Origin: Girardia tigrina
Taxonomy: Eukaryota
NCBI GenBank assembly: GCA_001938485.1
Contig: MQRK01202286.1
Coordinates: 4,257-66,104, forward strand
Length of the DNA stretch: 61,848 nt
Direction: 5' to 3'
Each line of letters starts with the position of its first letter. Position 1 is the first letter of the stretch. Position numbers and translations under genes: made by a program. Below, one piece after another: positions 51,476-61,848 of this stretch. Below the pieces are notes generated by a model. It did no database searches and was not told where the DNA came from. It saw only the letters and a program-made list of their open reading frames with translations.

Positions 51476-52550
51476 CCAGGTTGTCACAGAAGTTATTATT
51501 TTTGTTCCATTACATTTGTTTTTCTATTTCTATAATATATTAACTTTTTTATCAAATTTGACATCGTTTTAACGATCTTTAATAGGTTAAATTTATTTCT
51601 GTTATACATTTTTTATAATTGATATATTGCGTTATATGTCATGTAGAATGACTAAAAAAAGGATGAATATTCGAATACTTCTATTTCACTACTGAAATAA
51701 AAATCTGAGATCAAAGCGACGACTTGTGAAATCTATTATGTTGAACGAATGAACGCAGTGAAAAATTACACAACACGATGGAGGGTTCAGCGCTTCAAGA
51801 CAGGTGATACCAATCATGAAGATGGACAACACTGGGAGCAACGATCGATGTTAAATCAGGAAGAGCTGTATATCTTGGTAGAATATCATCCCAGTTCAAA
51901 CACCCACTGCACAATCATGAACTCGGCCGCTAAATTCTTACCAACCATAGAGAAAGTGCTAATGGCAGCGAATTGTAACGGGGGAAAATAGGTCTGTAAC
52001 CTGGTCAGTCAGTTAAACATGTTGTCTCAATTAGGCGTTTCGAAACGAAAATCATGATATGTGTGGTTGAATTTCGAAGGTCCTGTTTACTAGGAGCTAT
52101 TTATGGATAATCGGGCCATAAGTGTCAACATCAATACGCTAACGTCTGGAGCGCGTTCACGATGCTTTGAACATTAAGTACCTCGCATTGATGAATCATG
52201 GAAAAACACTTCTCCAACATTACAATGCTCTATCTTCACGGAACTTGCAGCAGAAAATATAAGACCTGTAGGGAAAAGAAGTCTGTCGCACCCTGCATAT
52301 AGCACTGACCTCGCTCCTCAGGATTTCCATCTGTTCTGTTCATTATACATTATGTGATAATTTTCATGGCCAATTTCTTTGACACAAAATAGCCTGACTT
52401 ATACCGTCATAGCATTGAAAAACTAGCTAGAATGTAGCTTTTAAGTGCTAAAAACAATGGATTATACTTCGAGGAACGAAGACTTTTTCAACTGTTATTC
52501 ACAATTGAAGTTATTGACTGAAAACACTAATAAATTTTGGGCCAACCTTA
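51476..52550 (+). mobile_element. Highly degenerate mariner
   Basis: RWRVQRFKTGDTNHED, CVVEFRRSC, HPAYSTDLAPQDFHLF; TIR-like ends. Confidence 0.75.
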
Positions 52551-52599
52551 AAATACTAAAAATTTTTAAGTATTTAATTAAAAATTGTCTTCAGATTAC

Positions 52600-53380
52600 A
52601 TCATATTTCGTTTATCTTTGAACATTATCAGATAATTTGTTAAAACAATTATTATAAAATTGGAATTTCCTTTTTTTCCTGGAATTTCCTTAACAAAAGC
52701 TGTTGACATTGATTGACTGAAGTGCTGTGCTTCATATCGATTAAGAATAAGATTTTCCATTAATTCATTCAAATTGCCTTTAGCAGTTGATTTGAACTCA
52801 TCCATTCTCACTAGAGTAGAGTTTGGAGACTGTAGCTGATTTGATTAAACGAAGAGAAGCTGAAAAGAAGAAGCTTTGATATCTGAGTTGTCTACAGCAG
52901 ACCACCAGCTTCTGATGATAAGTCACTACCATCTGCAAAAATTTCTTGCAAAGTGATTAATATTGATTCCAAACATTTGATTGTCGATGCAATGCACTGA
53001 TGATTTTTCATGACATTCCTGGAGAGATTTTGCAAAACATAAAAGAACATTTAGAAATGCGTACACTAAAACAAATTAGATGGGTCACCCACATTGCAGT
53101 TAGGGCTGATGAGGCAACTAATTTGAGAAGACGAACTGTTTTATCAGTTTGCATACGCATTCTTACCCTTAAATGTGTTCCAGTTGAGACTTTTATCGAC
53201 TCAGAGAATTGAAAAGTACTTAATCGGTGCCCCTTACCGACGGTATTTTGGATGTGTTGGGAAAAATGGATATTCACGTCAAAGATGTATTGTGGCTGTA
53301 CTTCGATAGTGCCAGACACATGTCTAATAAAAAAATTGCCCACAAGCTCTGCTGATTAAATATCACAACAAAGATATCAT
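52600..53380. mobile_element. hAT (DUF4371/ZMYM-type) transposase fragments in opposite orientations
   Basis: Plus strand IAVRADEATNLRRRTVLSVCIR...FDSARHMS; minus strand ESILITLQEIFADGSDLSSEAGGLL. Confidence 0.6.
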
Positions 53381-53384
53381 TTTT

Positions 53385-56094
53385 TTGCAAAAATCAAAAT
53401 ATTGTCCAAATATACAACTGCCTCTTTCCAATTCAAGTGTCCTAAAACTTTGGCCATTAGTTCTTGGAAAGTTACTGGGCTGCTTCTATCGCGAAAGGCA
53501 TCTTTTTGAAACTATATTGTCCGTTCTTTGTCGAGAACGCTGTTTTAATCTTTAATTTTTCTTCCAACTCAACTTGGTAGTACGCCTTGCCAAGATTAAT
53601 TGTACTAAAATATTGCACACCATTCAGTGTGTTCAGCATATCATCTACATTTGGCATAGGAAACGCTGGTCTGACGGTAATTCTATTCAATTGGAGGAAG
53701 TCTAAACACACTCGAATATCTTGTTTTTCCTTCTTCCACACACATACTAAAGGGAAATTCCATGGTGAGCTACATGTTTCGATTATGTCATTTTCTTCGA
53801 AATTTTTAATAATATCATCCAATTGTTCTTCAAAGTGTTGACGTTGCCGATAAGGCTTTCCTAGTCTTGGATCCCCGTTTGTTTCTATTCTGTAATTTGT
53901 CAATGATGTTTTCCCGATATCCCACTTATCAGCCATGAATACTGATTTATAATATGTTAGAATCTTCATTCACCATTCAATTCACTTGTTAAATATTTCC
54001 ATTATTCTTTTTATTCTGTCGTCATCTGATGGGTTGTCTCTAATCACCAATATTTCTCCACCTCGAGGTTTTATTCCGAATTTATCCAAGAAATCTATAC
54101 CTGCGATCATTTCGGGGTCTAGTTCTTTGACCACATAAAACTCTATTAACTTTTGTGTTCCCTCAATAGCCACATTTAATTGAACGATTCCATGATTGAT
54201 CAGTTCTGAATCATTTGCGCAATGGATACGTTTCTTCCTTTCTCTTATTTTAATATTTTCATGTTTATAATTATCTCCGCTTTAATTACATTTACTCGGG
54301 CTCCGGTGTCCAAAATTTTCTATCTTTCACGTAAAAATCCACACTTGGACGTCCTTTCAGTTCTTTATAATTTATCTTAAACTTTAATATCTTCAATATT
54401 TCCGTTTTACAATTTAGTTTCTTATCATCTTGAGTTTTCATATTATTACACTGTTCTCGTTTTCCAATGTCTTCACAGTCAAGTTCGCAAATCTCTTGAG
54501 AATTATTTTCATACTTAAAATCAAACATACAATCACACACACACATTCATACATACAATCAAACATACATTTACATTGGTTTTCTTATGAAGCACACTCA
54601 TCACCTCTCCTTGTGATCCTGCTTCCTCGTTTCCCTATTCGTCTCCGAATCTTCTTTTACCTATAGAATAATTTCTTGTTGTATTCTCTTCTCTTCTATC
54701 AGAAATTACCGATCTCCTGTCCATTTCATCCTCCCTGTCGTCTAACTCCGCCAAATGTTGTTTCTTATTCATATATGCTGGTCGTTCTCTATATCTTTAA
54801 TTAGAATAATCTCTCCTGTCATTCCAACGATTTCTATTATTGTCCCATTTCCGTTGTTCACGTTCTTTAAACCTATTTGGGTTTTCATAACATTATGGTC
54901 GTAGATATCCTCTTCTTTGACAATGGTTACACTTAACATTCGGACATTCTCTTCTAACATGACCTTCCTCATGGCATGCCCAACAAATTATTTTTCTGAC
55001 TTTATAATTTCGATGTGTTCCTCCTTTCTTTACTTCTTCGTTCCGTGGTTTTGGTGTTCTTCTTTTATTCTCCACATTTTTCTTATTGTTTTCTTTTCTT
55101 GTCTTATATGCTGCTATTGGTGAGTTTCTTTTCTTTTTCCCGTATTCATACATCTTCATTTGTATGTTTTCGATCTCATATACCTTTGTTATCCCGTAAA
55201 TCGCTATCTCTTGATCGACGTTATCATCCTCAATCATAATAGCATAGACGAAGTTTGATAGTTTTTTCTTACCAAACTTTTTCTCCACTAATTTTTCGAC
55301 TATCTCATCTGCTTTGCGGAACGCAATTGACGGGTCACCGCAACCTACTCTTAACTCTATGAGATCTTTCATCAAATCCAAAATAGATTTTTCATTTGAA
55401 AATTCCGCTCGCATTTTCTCTTTGCAAGTACTCCCTGTGGCCTTCACGTACCTCAGAATCGCATCTGGAGTCAAGTAGGGTGTTATCAATAGGATTTTCC
55501 TCTCTTCTGATAATCCCATAATCTTTGAATACCTGTTAAAACTTATCAAGAATTCTTCTAATTTGTGCTCAGATCCATCAAATGTTTCAGGGCCTTTGAT
55601 GTTCGGAGTCACGTGGTGTGAAGTCACCATGTTAAGAGAACTCACACATTTGATACAACATTTATTACATTGACAAGTTTGATTATCTCTTTGACAATCA
55701 CTATTATCTCTCGCACTTAAATCTATCACTCAATGTTTAATAATTCTCATTACAATCTGAACTAACTTGAAGAAAATTATTTTACTTAAATTATTTAATT
55801 TAAATTTTATTGGCTAAAATAAAATTACTTTTTATAATCATTTTTAAAAATTAATTGGATTTTAACTATTTAAAAATTTACAAAAATAAAATCAATAAAA
55901 TTATTTAAAAGTTACAATAATAAAAATAAAAAATTTGAATATTAAATCTAAATTTAAATAAATTAATTTCAGACTATAAATATTAAAATAATAATCATCC
56001 ATCTGATTAGGAGAGGCACAATCCCAAATCAACACACAACATTTAAACATGCAAAAAATACACAAAAACATAAACACACCAAATATTCCTCACA
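53385..56094 (-). mobile_element. Ty3/Gypsy retrotransposon, 5' part (LTR, PBS, gag, protease, RT; truncated)
   Basis: LTR 55630-56094; PBS TGGTGAC; gag with CWACHEEGHVRREC; protease KILDTGARVN; RT SSPWNFPLVCVWKK...RVCLDF...KTAF...MPF...VVYLDNIL; frameshifts and stops. Confidence 0.93.
55630..56094 (-). repeat. 5' LTR of the Gypsy element (family A, 465 bp)
   Basis: TGTGAGG...CTTAACA, immediately followed by TGG. Confidence 0.9.
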
Positions 56095-56333
56095 ATTATA
56101 TATTGATTTTTTTTATATTAAGTAATTAAGTAATTAGTGTAGAAGAGTCAATAGATAAAAATAGGGATCTCAGCGCCACCAATCGGTATACAATTATTTG
56201 AAGCAGTAATTTGCATAAATTGATTAATACATTTCGAAATTGTAGACGAAGTTTATTATAGAGAGCATTTTAGACTTTTTGAAAGAAAAATGATTATTTG
56301 GATAACGAAAGATTTCTTAGATAAGAAATCTTA

Positions 56334-56640
56334 GTTATCCACAGGGATAACTGGCTTGTGGCCACCAAGCGNNNNNNNNNNNNNNNNNNNNNNNNNNNNN
56401 NNNNNNNNNNNNNNNNNNNNNNNNNNNNNNNNNNNNNNNNNNNNNNNNNNNNNNNNNNNNNNNNNNNNNNNNNNNNNNNNNNNNNNNNNNNNNNNNNNNN
56501 NNNNNNNNNNNNNCTACTATATAAACCGTCATTACAATAGTAATTCTGTTCAGTACGAGAGGAACCACAGATTCGGATCACTGGTAAATGTGCTTGATCG
56601 AAAGGTCAGTGGCACGAAGCTACCATCCGAGAGATTAAGA
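56334..56640 (+). rRNA. Dispersed 28S rDNA fragment with the sarcin-ricin loop (gap inside)
   Basis: CCACAGGGATAACTGGCTTGTGGC..CCAAGCG and CAGTACGAGAGGAACC...CGAAGCTACCATC. Confidence 0.9.
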
Positions 56641-57145
56641 ATCTAAGAATTCTTAGATATTCTCCGGATTTAAATCCTATTGAAAAAGTGTATTTTCCTG
56701 TATAAACAGTCATATTGATAATATTAACGTTTATGATCGAGGAAATTCGGTTATTAACTAATTACTATAGATCCCATTTGCCACTACCAGATTAACCTTT
56801 AGGCAAAGTAGGCCATTGCCAAAGAACCCCGCGATAAAAAGAAAAATATATTATAGTATTGTGTAAAAATTTAGTACCACGTTAAAACATCGAAAAAAAA
56901 GTCAAATGTAAAACGTCGAAATGTTAAAACAACGAAAAAATATTTTTAATAAAACATTAAATAAAATGATGTGTTATTAAATAATGCTTAGGTAAATAAA
57001 TGAATAAATAAGTTAATGAAATTTCTAAATATATTGTCTCAAAACAATGATATGTTAATTTTAAAATTTATGAAATCATATGATATTTTAAAAAATTAAA
57101 AAATAATGGCAAATTATGTTTAAAAACAAAAACACGTCATTTGTT

Positions 57146-57196
57146 AAATTAATTTTTTACGATAATTAATTTCGACGGTATAACCGTCATCGTCAG
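57146..57196 (-). ncRNA. Hammerhead ribozyme core 3' of the Penelope endonuclease ORF
   Basis: Reverse strand CTGACGA-T-GACGG-TTATA-CCGTC-GAAA, then stem ATTAATT/AATTAAT. Confidence 0.7.
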
Positions 57197-57270
57197 GTCT
57201 GAAGAAAGAAATGAATTTTAAATCTGCTTATATAGCCAAGCAGTGATTATGTCATCAATGGATTATTATG

Positions 57271-57615
57271 TCATCTAAACACGCTTAATAGGGTTTTCGA
57301 GAGACCCGTTTGCACATTAATCTTAGGATCTAAAGATCTGATATAAAGGGCTTCACAGGCCACCTTCTCCCAATAGTTTTTAAAACGAGAACACTGAATT
57401 TTAAAATCATTTATGTTTATGTTTTCATTCAACTTACAACCCTTTCTGTGTTCTGCAATATTACTCCCACCTACATGCCGACCATGTTCTTGGATTCTCT
57501 TACAAAGATGACGGGACGTCTCTCCAATGTATGTGGCATTACACCCATTACATGTAAATTTATATACGAGATCCGAACATAATCCAAATGGGGTTGGAGA
57601 TTTATTACAAAACAC
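57271..57615 (-). mobile_element. Penelope GIY-YIG endonuclease domain
   Basis: LVYKFTCNGCNATYIGETSRHLCKRIQEH...EALYIRSLDPKINVQ. Confidence 0.9.
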
Positions 57616-60600
57616 ATTTTGGATTTTATATGTTTGTGATATTATTTTTAAATTAAAGGCATTATTTAATGGCGTGTTTTTGTTTTTAAATATGATATTT
57701 TATTTTTTTATTTTATCTTGATGTAACCAGGTGATTGATATATTTTTCGATTAAAAAGAAAATAAAACGTGATATTATTTTTAAAATATATATTTTTTAT
57801 TCACAGTTTACAATTACAATATTAAAACGAAGATTAAAAGCCTTAACCTTACTTTCTGAATTTATATTTTGAATAGTTAGAGAAGTAGATTCTACTTACC
57901 CTAAGTGATTTTAAGTATATAAAAATATAAAAAATATATATTTCGTAATTTGGATCCAACACTTCAAAATTTTATGCAGTGTGAGGGATAATGTAGAATG
58001 TTGTAAGTTTGTTGTTTGTATACTGTTTTGATCTGTGACTCTCTTACTCAGATGGGATTGATATGTTATTTGAATGATTATTTGAATTTAATGATATTAA
58101 TTTTAAGTACTAATTAATTAAAGTTTTATAATTATGAATTTTAATAATATTTTTAGTAAACGATTTTAACTTATTAAATTTAATATATTTTAAAAATTAA
58201 TGTTCATTTAAAAAATTACGTAATGCCCTTTTATCCAGTAAAATTTAAGAAATTGAAAATTAATATTAAAAACTTTCCCATTCATTGTTTTTTTAGATTT
58301 GAATACTTAAACAAAAAACTATATCAATCAAAGAAAGATGATTGTTTACATTCAAATTGTGATGTTGTTAATATGCAGAAAGTAAAATTCGAAGAAAGAT
58401 CGTGGTTTCAAACATTCCTTATGTTGATGAATGGTGAAACCATTAGAAGAAAAAAGAAATATGTGGTTTTTAACGAAAAACTAATAGCTGATTTAATAGA
58501 CCGAGCCAATAGAAATCCAGAAACATATACTTTGGAATTAGTAGGTTTTATTTATTATTAATAAATCTTTTTCGACGTTTTTATTTTTAATGTCTTTATT
58601 ACATCATAAATTTTCGACGTTTTATTTTTCGGTGTTTTAACGTGCCACGAAAAATTTACAGATATGAGCAAGTTAGCAGCGACAGTTGACAGAAAAACAA
58701 TCTTAAAAATTCAAATGAATTGTGATCAACATTCAACTGTCAATATGTTATTAGTATTTGTTTATGGTTGACTGAGTCAATTATTTCGCTTCGACTCGCT
58801 ACCGCCGGTAAAAAAAACACCAGACGAGTCACCGTAGATGAAAGTCGCACGGCGTCGGTGTCTGATTACAAAATACAAACGTTTACGTTACTAGCGACAG
58901 CGTGACTGACAGTGAAATGAAAAATAAGCCAAAATACTTACAGATTCTAAGAAATTAATTGACGGTTAAATTCGCAAATTGAAATACGACTCTAGAACAC
59001 TCGTCGATGCTTCGGGACTCTTAATGTGACTGCCTATGGACCTTAATTGTGCTTAATTCGGCACTACTTTCACTTCGGTTATATTAAGTGAAAAAACAAA
59101 ATGTAACTTTTTACTATTTTCAAAATATAAACGTTAAAATTTTCATGTTTATTGTTTTGATTTGTTCCTTTAAAGTTGGGAAACGCTGTAATAATATGTA
59201 GATATGTTAGTTAAATCATTTTAGTAATATTCTCAATCTTAAATTGTATGATATGTATAAAAAACACATTTTATAGTAATTGACATTAATTTAAATTTTA
59301 AAAAATAACAATAACTAATTGAAAAAACAAAATTCACAGAATTATGTTCAGAAAAAGTATAATTCTTCTTATTTTTCACGTAAATATTCTCTATATTAAT
59401 TGTTTTTCAATGATTCTTCAACAAATACTAAAACGTCAAAATTCAGTTTTATATTTACGAAACAATTTTGGCACATCTTCAATAAATGAAAATAAATCAT
59501 TTCAGTTTACAGAAAATTGGTTTTGATACATAAAATAATTTAAATTAAACGAAAAATCAAGCTTAAATTAATAATTCGCAGAAAGAAGAAACGAAACGAA
59601 AATAAATTAATTTTTTCAAATTAAAAAATTTAAATTAATTAATTAAAAAAATAATTTTATAATAATTATCAATTTCAATAATGATTTTTTGTAAATTTGT
59701 AAGCCAATCGTTGACATTACTGGTCACAAGTAATGATTCATAATATCCGCTATAGCTGTCTGAAATCGACATCGTCAAACACTGACACCCACGCGTTGCG
59801 TGCGGAGGTGTAATAGCACACACCGAACACTGGAGTGTGTATGTGTGTGTCGGCAACTACATAAAAATGATGTATAGCTATTCGTTACCAAATGAATGCG
59901 GCGTCACACACACACAAACACACATTTTATCATTAATGAATTTCTCTAATCAATATTAGCTTTATTTGAAAATTATGTTTAAAATATGATTTTAAAGTAC
60001 ATTATTATTATTATTATTTTGTTATTTGTTATCTGTTATTGGCATTTTCTTTGATTAAAATTTAATTAGAAAAAAATTTCAATTAATTTTTTTATCTTTT
60101 AAATTAAAATAATTACTTTTAAAATTTTTATCTTACTGAATTATTCATATTAAGATCTACACACACAATTTTAAATTAAAGATTAAAAAAATATTTTTTT
60201 AATGAAATTCAAATTGAATACTAAAATAATGAATCTTTCGATATTTGTTCTGGCAATAATTGGCAACGTTGATCTTTCGAAACCTTTCCAGCAGTACTAA
60301 ATACTCTTTCAGATGGAACGCTACTTGGTTCGAAGGTAGATAAATATTAACTAATTTTTAAAAATTTGGGAAGCAGATGCTGCTTATGTTCCACCATTCA
60401 ATTAGAGTTTCCAGTCGATGGATCTCATTTTCATATAACGAAGATTCTGCTTCACAATCAACAGTAAATGATGGGATTGGAGTGGCAAAAACTATAAAAT
60501 TCAAAGACATGAACTAACTAACATATTAAAGTTTTATTCATTTTCAGGCTTTAAAAACTTTGATTCATTTTATAATAACATGTTAATCAGCTTCTTCAAG

Positions 60601-60840
60601 TTCAGGCTAAATGCAAAATGAACCCAACTTTGAAATCTCTTTGGAATATCAGCGATTATTTCAGAAAAAAACAGCGATTTTTGGAATAAATAAACTTAAT
60701 AACTTCCGTTTTATTTGAATGTTTCAATATAAAAACGCTGCTTGCTGGTACGAAGAACTTTAAAAAATTACGTTTTCAAAAATATGATGGTAAAATATAC
60801 TTATGGTACTAGAAGTACCCTATTATTTATTTTTTATTTA

Positions 60841-60849
<9 letters not shown>

Positions 60850-60885
<36 letters not shown>
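60850..60885. repeat. (TA)n microsatellite before a gap
   Basis: Seen directly. Confidence 0.95.
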
Positions 60886-60974
60886 NNNNNNNNNNNNNNN
60901 NNNNNNNNNNNNNNNNNNNNNNNNNNNNNNNNNNNNNNNNNNNNNNNNNNNNNNNNNNNNNNNNNNNNNNNNNN

Positions 60975-61848
60975 GTTTTTGGACACAAACTTCAAAGACG
61001 TGCAAATTCACAGAAACAAAAGTTTATTATTAAGTATAAACCGTTGGCATCAATACATTTTTGCCAACGAGAAACAAGTTCTTTTATTCCATCAGCATAA
61101 AATGCATCGGTTCTCAAAGCGACGAAATCTTGGAAGGCATTTTGAGCATCATTTTGGTTTTTGAAATTTTTTTCACGTAGGAAGTTGTACAAATACCTGA
61201 AAAAGTAGAAGTCCGTTGGCGAGAGGTCTGGTGAATATGGTGGATGAAGAAGGGTTTCATAGCCCAACTCATTAAGTTTTTGAAGAGTTACTTTTGAAAT
61301 ATGAGGTCTAGCGTTATCATGAAGAAGGATGGGACTTTTTCGACTGACTAATCCCGGACAAAGGGTTTTCAATTTTTTATGCATTTCATCAATTTCATGA
61401 CAGTACCTCTCCGCTGTGATTGTTTCACCTGGATTCAAGAAGCTATAGTGGATGATTCTAGCATCACACCACCAAACTGTCACCATAACCTTACGGGGTG
61501 TTAGTTTCGGTTTTGGAAACTGTTTCGGTACTTCATCTTTGTCCAACCGCTGTGCAGATCGACGTCGGTTATCATACAGGATCCATTTCTTATCACAGGT
61601 AATAATACAATCAAGAAATGGATCATTTTTATTGCGAAGATGATTGGCAGAACAAATTTCATAGCGTCGGTTCTTTTGATTTTCATTCAAATCATGTGGA
61701 ACCCATTTATAAAGTTTATTGATTTTTCAAAGTTGTTTTAAATGATCCAGGACTGTTGAATGACTAATGCCCAACCCATCTGCAAGTTCTCTGATTGTTG
61801 TACGGGGATCTGTTTCCACCATTGTCCTCAAATTGTTGTTGTTCACAG
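60975..61848 (-). mobile_element. Mariner (DD34D, Hsmar1/SETMAR-like) transposase pseudogene, runs off the window
   Basis: WVPHDL, ITCDKKWILYDN, HDNARPH, HPPYSPDLSPTDF; in-frame TGA upstream of WVPH. Confidence 0.93.

Larger units (their letters stand above)
56874..58649 (+). mobile_element. Non-autonomous MULE containing Penelope and LTR fragments
   Basis: TIRs GTACCACGTTAAAACATCGAAAAA / TTTTTCGGTGTTTTAACGTGCCAC; 9-bp TSD AAAAATTTA (56865-73, 58650-58); MULE-like C-terminus at 58400-58561. Confidence 0.8.

Noticed and set aside
59740-59930. Hairpins in a CA/GT-rich island as a miRNA or MITE
   Set aside because: Pairing comes mostly from low-complexity CA/TG runs; no long stem, TIR or TSD.
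51396-61848. Upstream PEPCK exons
   Set aside because: No recognisable PEPCK motif on the minus strand; the intron probably extends past the window, or an exon lies in a gap.

Overview
AT-rich metazoan genomic DNA; ~50-nt introns and the mariner/Penelope/Gypsy load look planarian-like (inference). Host genes reconstructed by hand: the 5' end of Hsp90 (-, at the window edge); a complete 5-exon gene for a 228-aa tandem-DUF1330-like protein (5146-20468, +) that the ORF track mostly misses; a 2-exon Jun/AP-1-type bZIP gene (24587-25374, +); and the last exon of GTP-dependent PEPCK (51017-51395, -). The rest is mostly decayed mobile DNA: several mariner/Tc1 copies, MULE, hAT (a Buster element with TIRs and TSD inside a dispersed 28S rDNA fragment), RTE/CR1 LINE pieces, Penelope pieces with minimal hammerhead ribozymes, Helentron-like non-autonomous elements, and a Gypsy element with related solo LTRs. 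Most notable: (i) two diverged LTR families keep a 32-codon Cys-containing frame in the last 97 nt of the LTR, and in the one copy still attached to gag it reads through the PBS into Gag; (ii) several templated insertions with junction repeats or palindromes; (iii) a TE-embedded, apparently catalytically dead DEDDh exonuclease; (iv) up to six hammerhead-like motifs. All homology calls are by eye; no searches were run.
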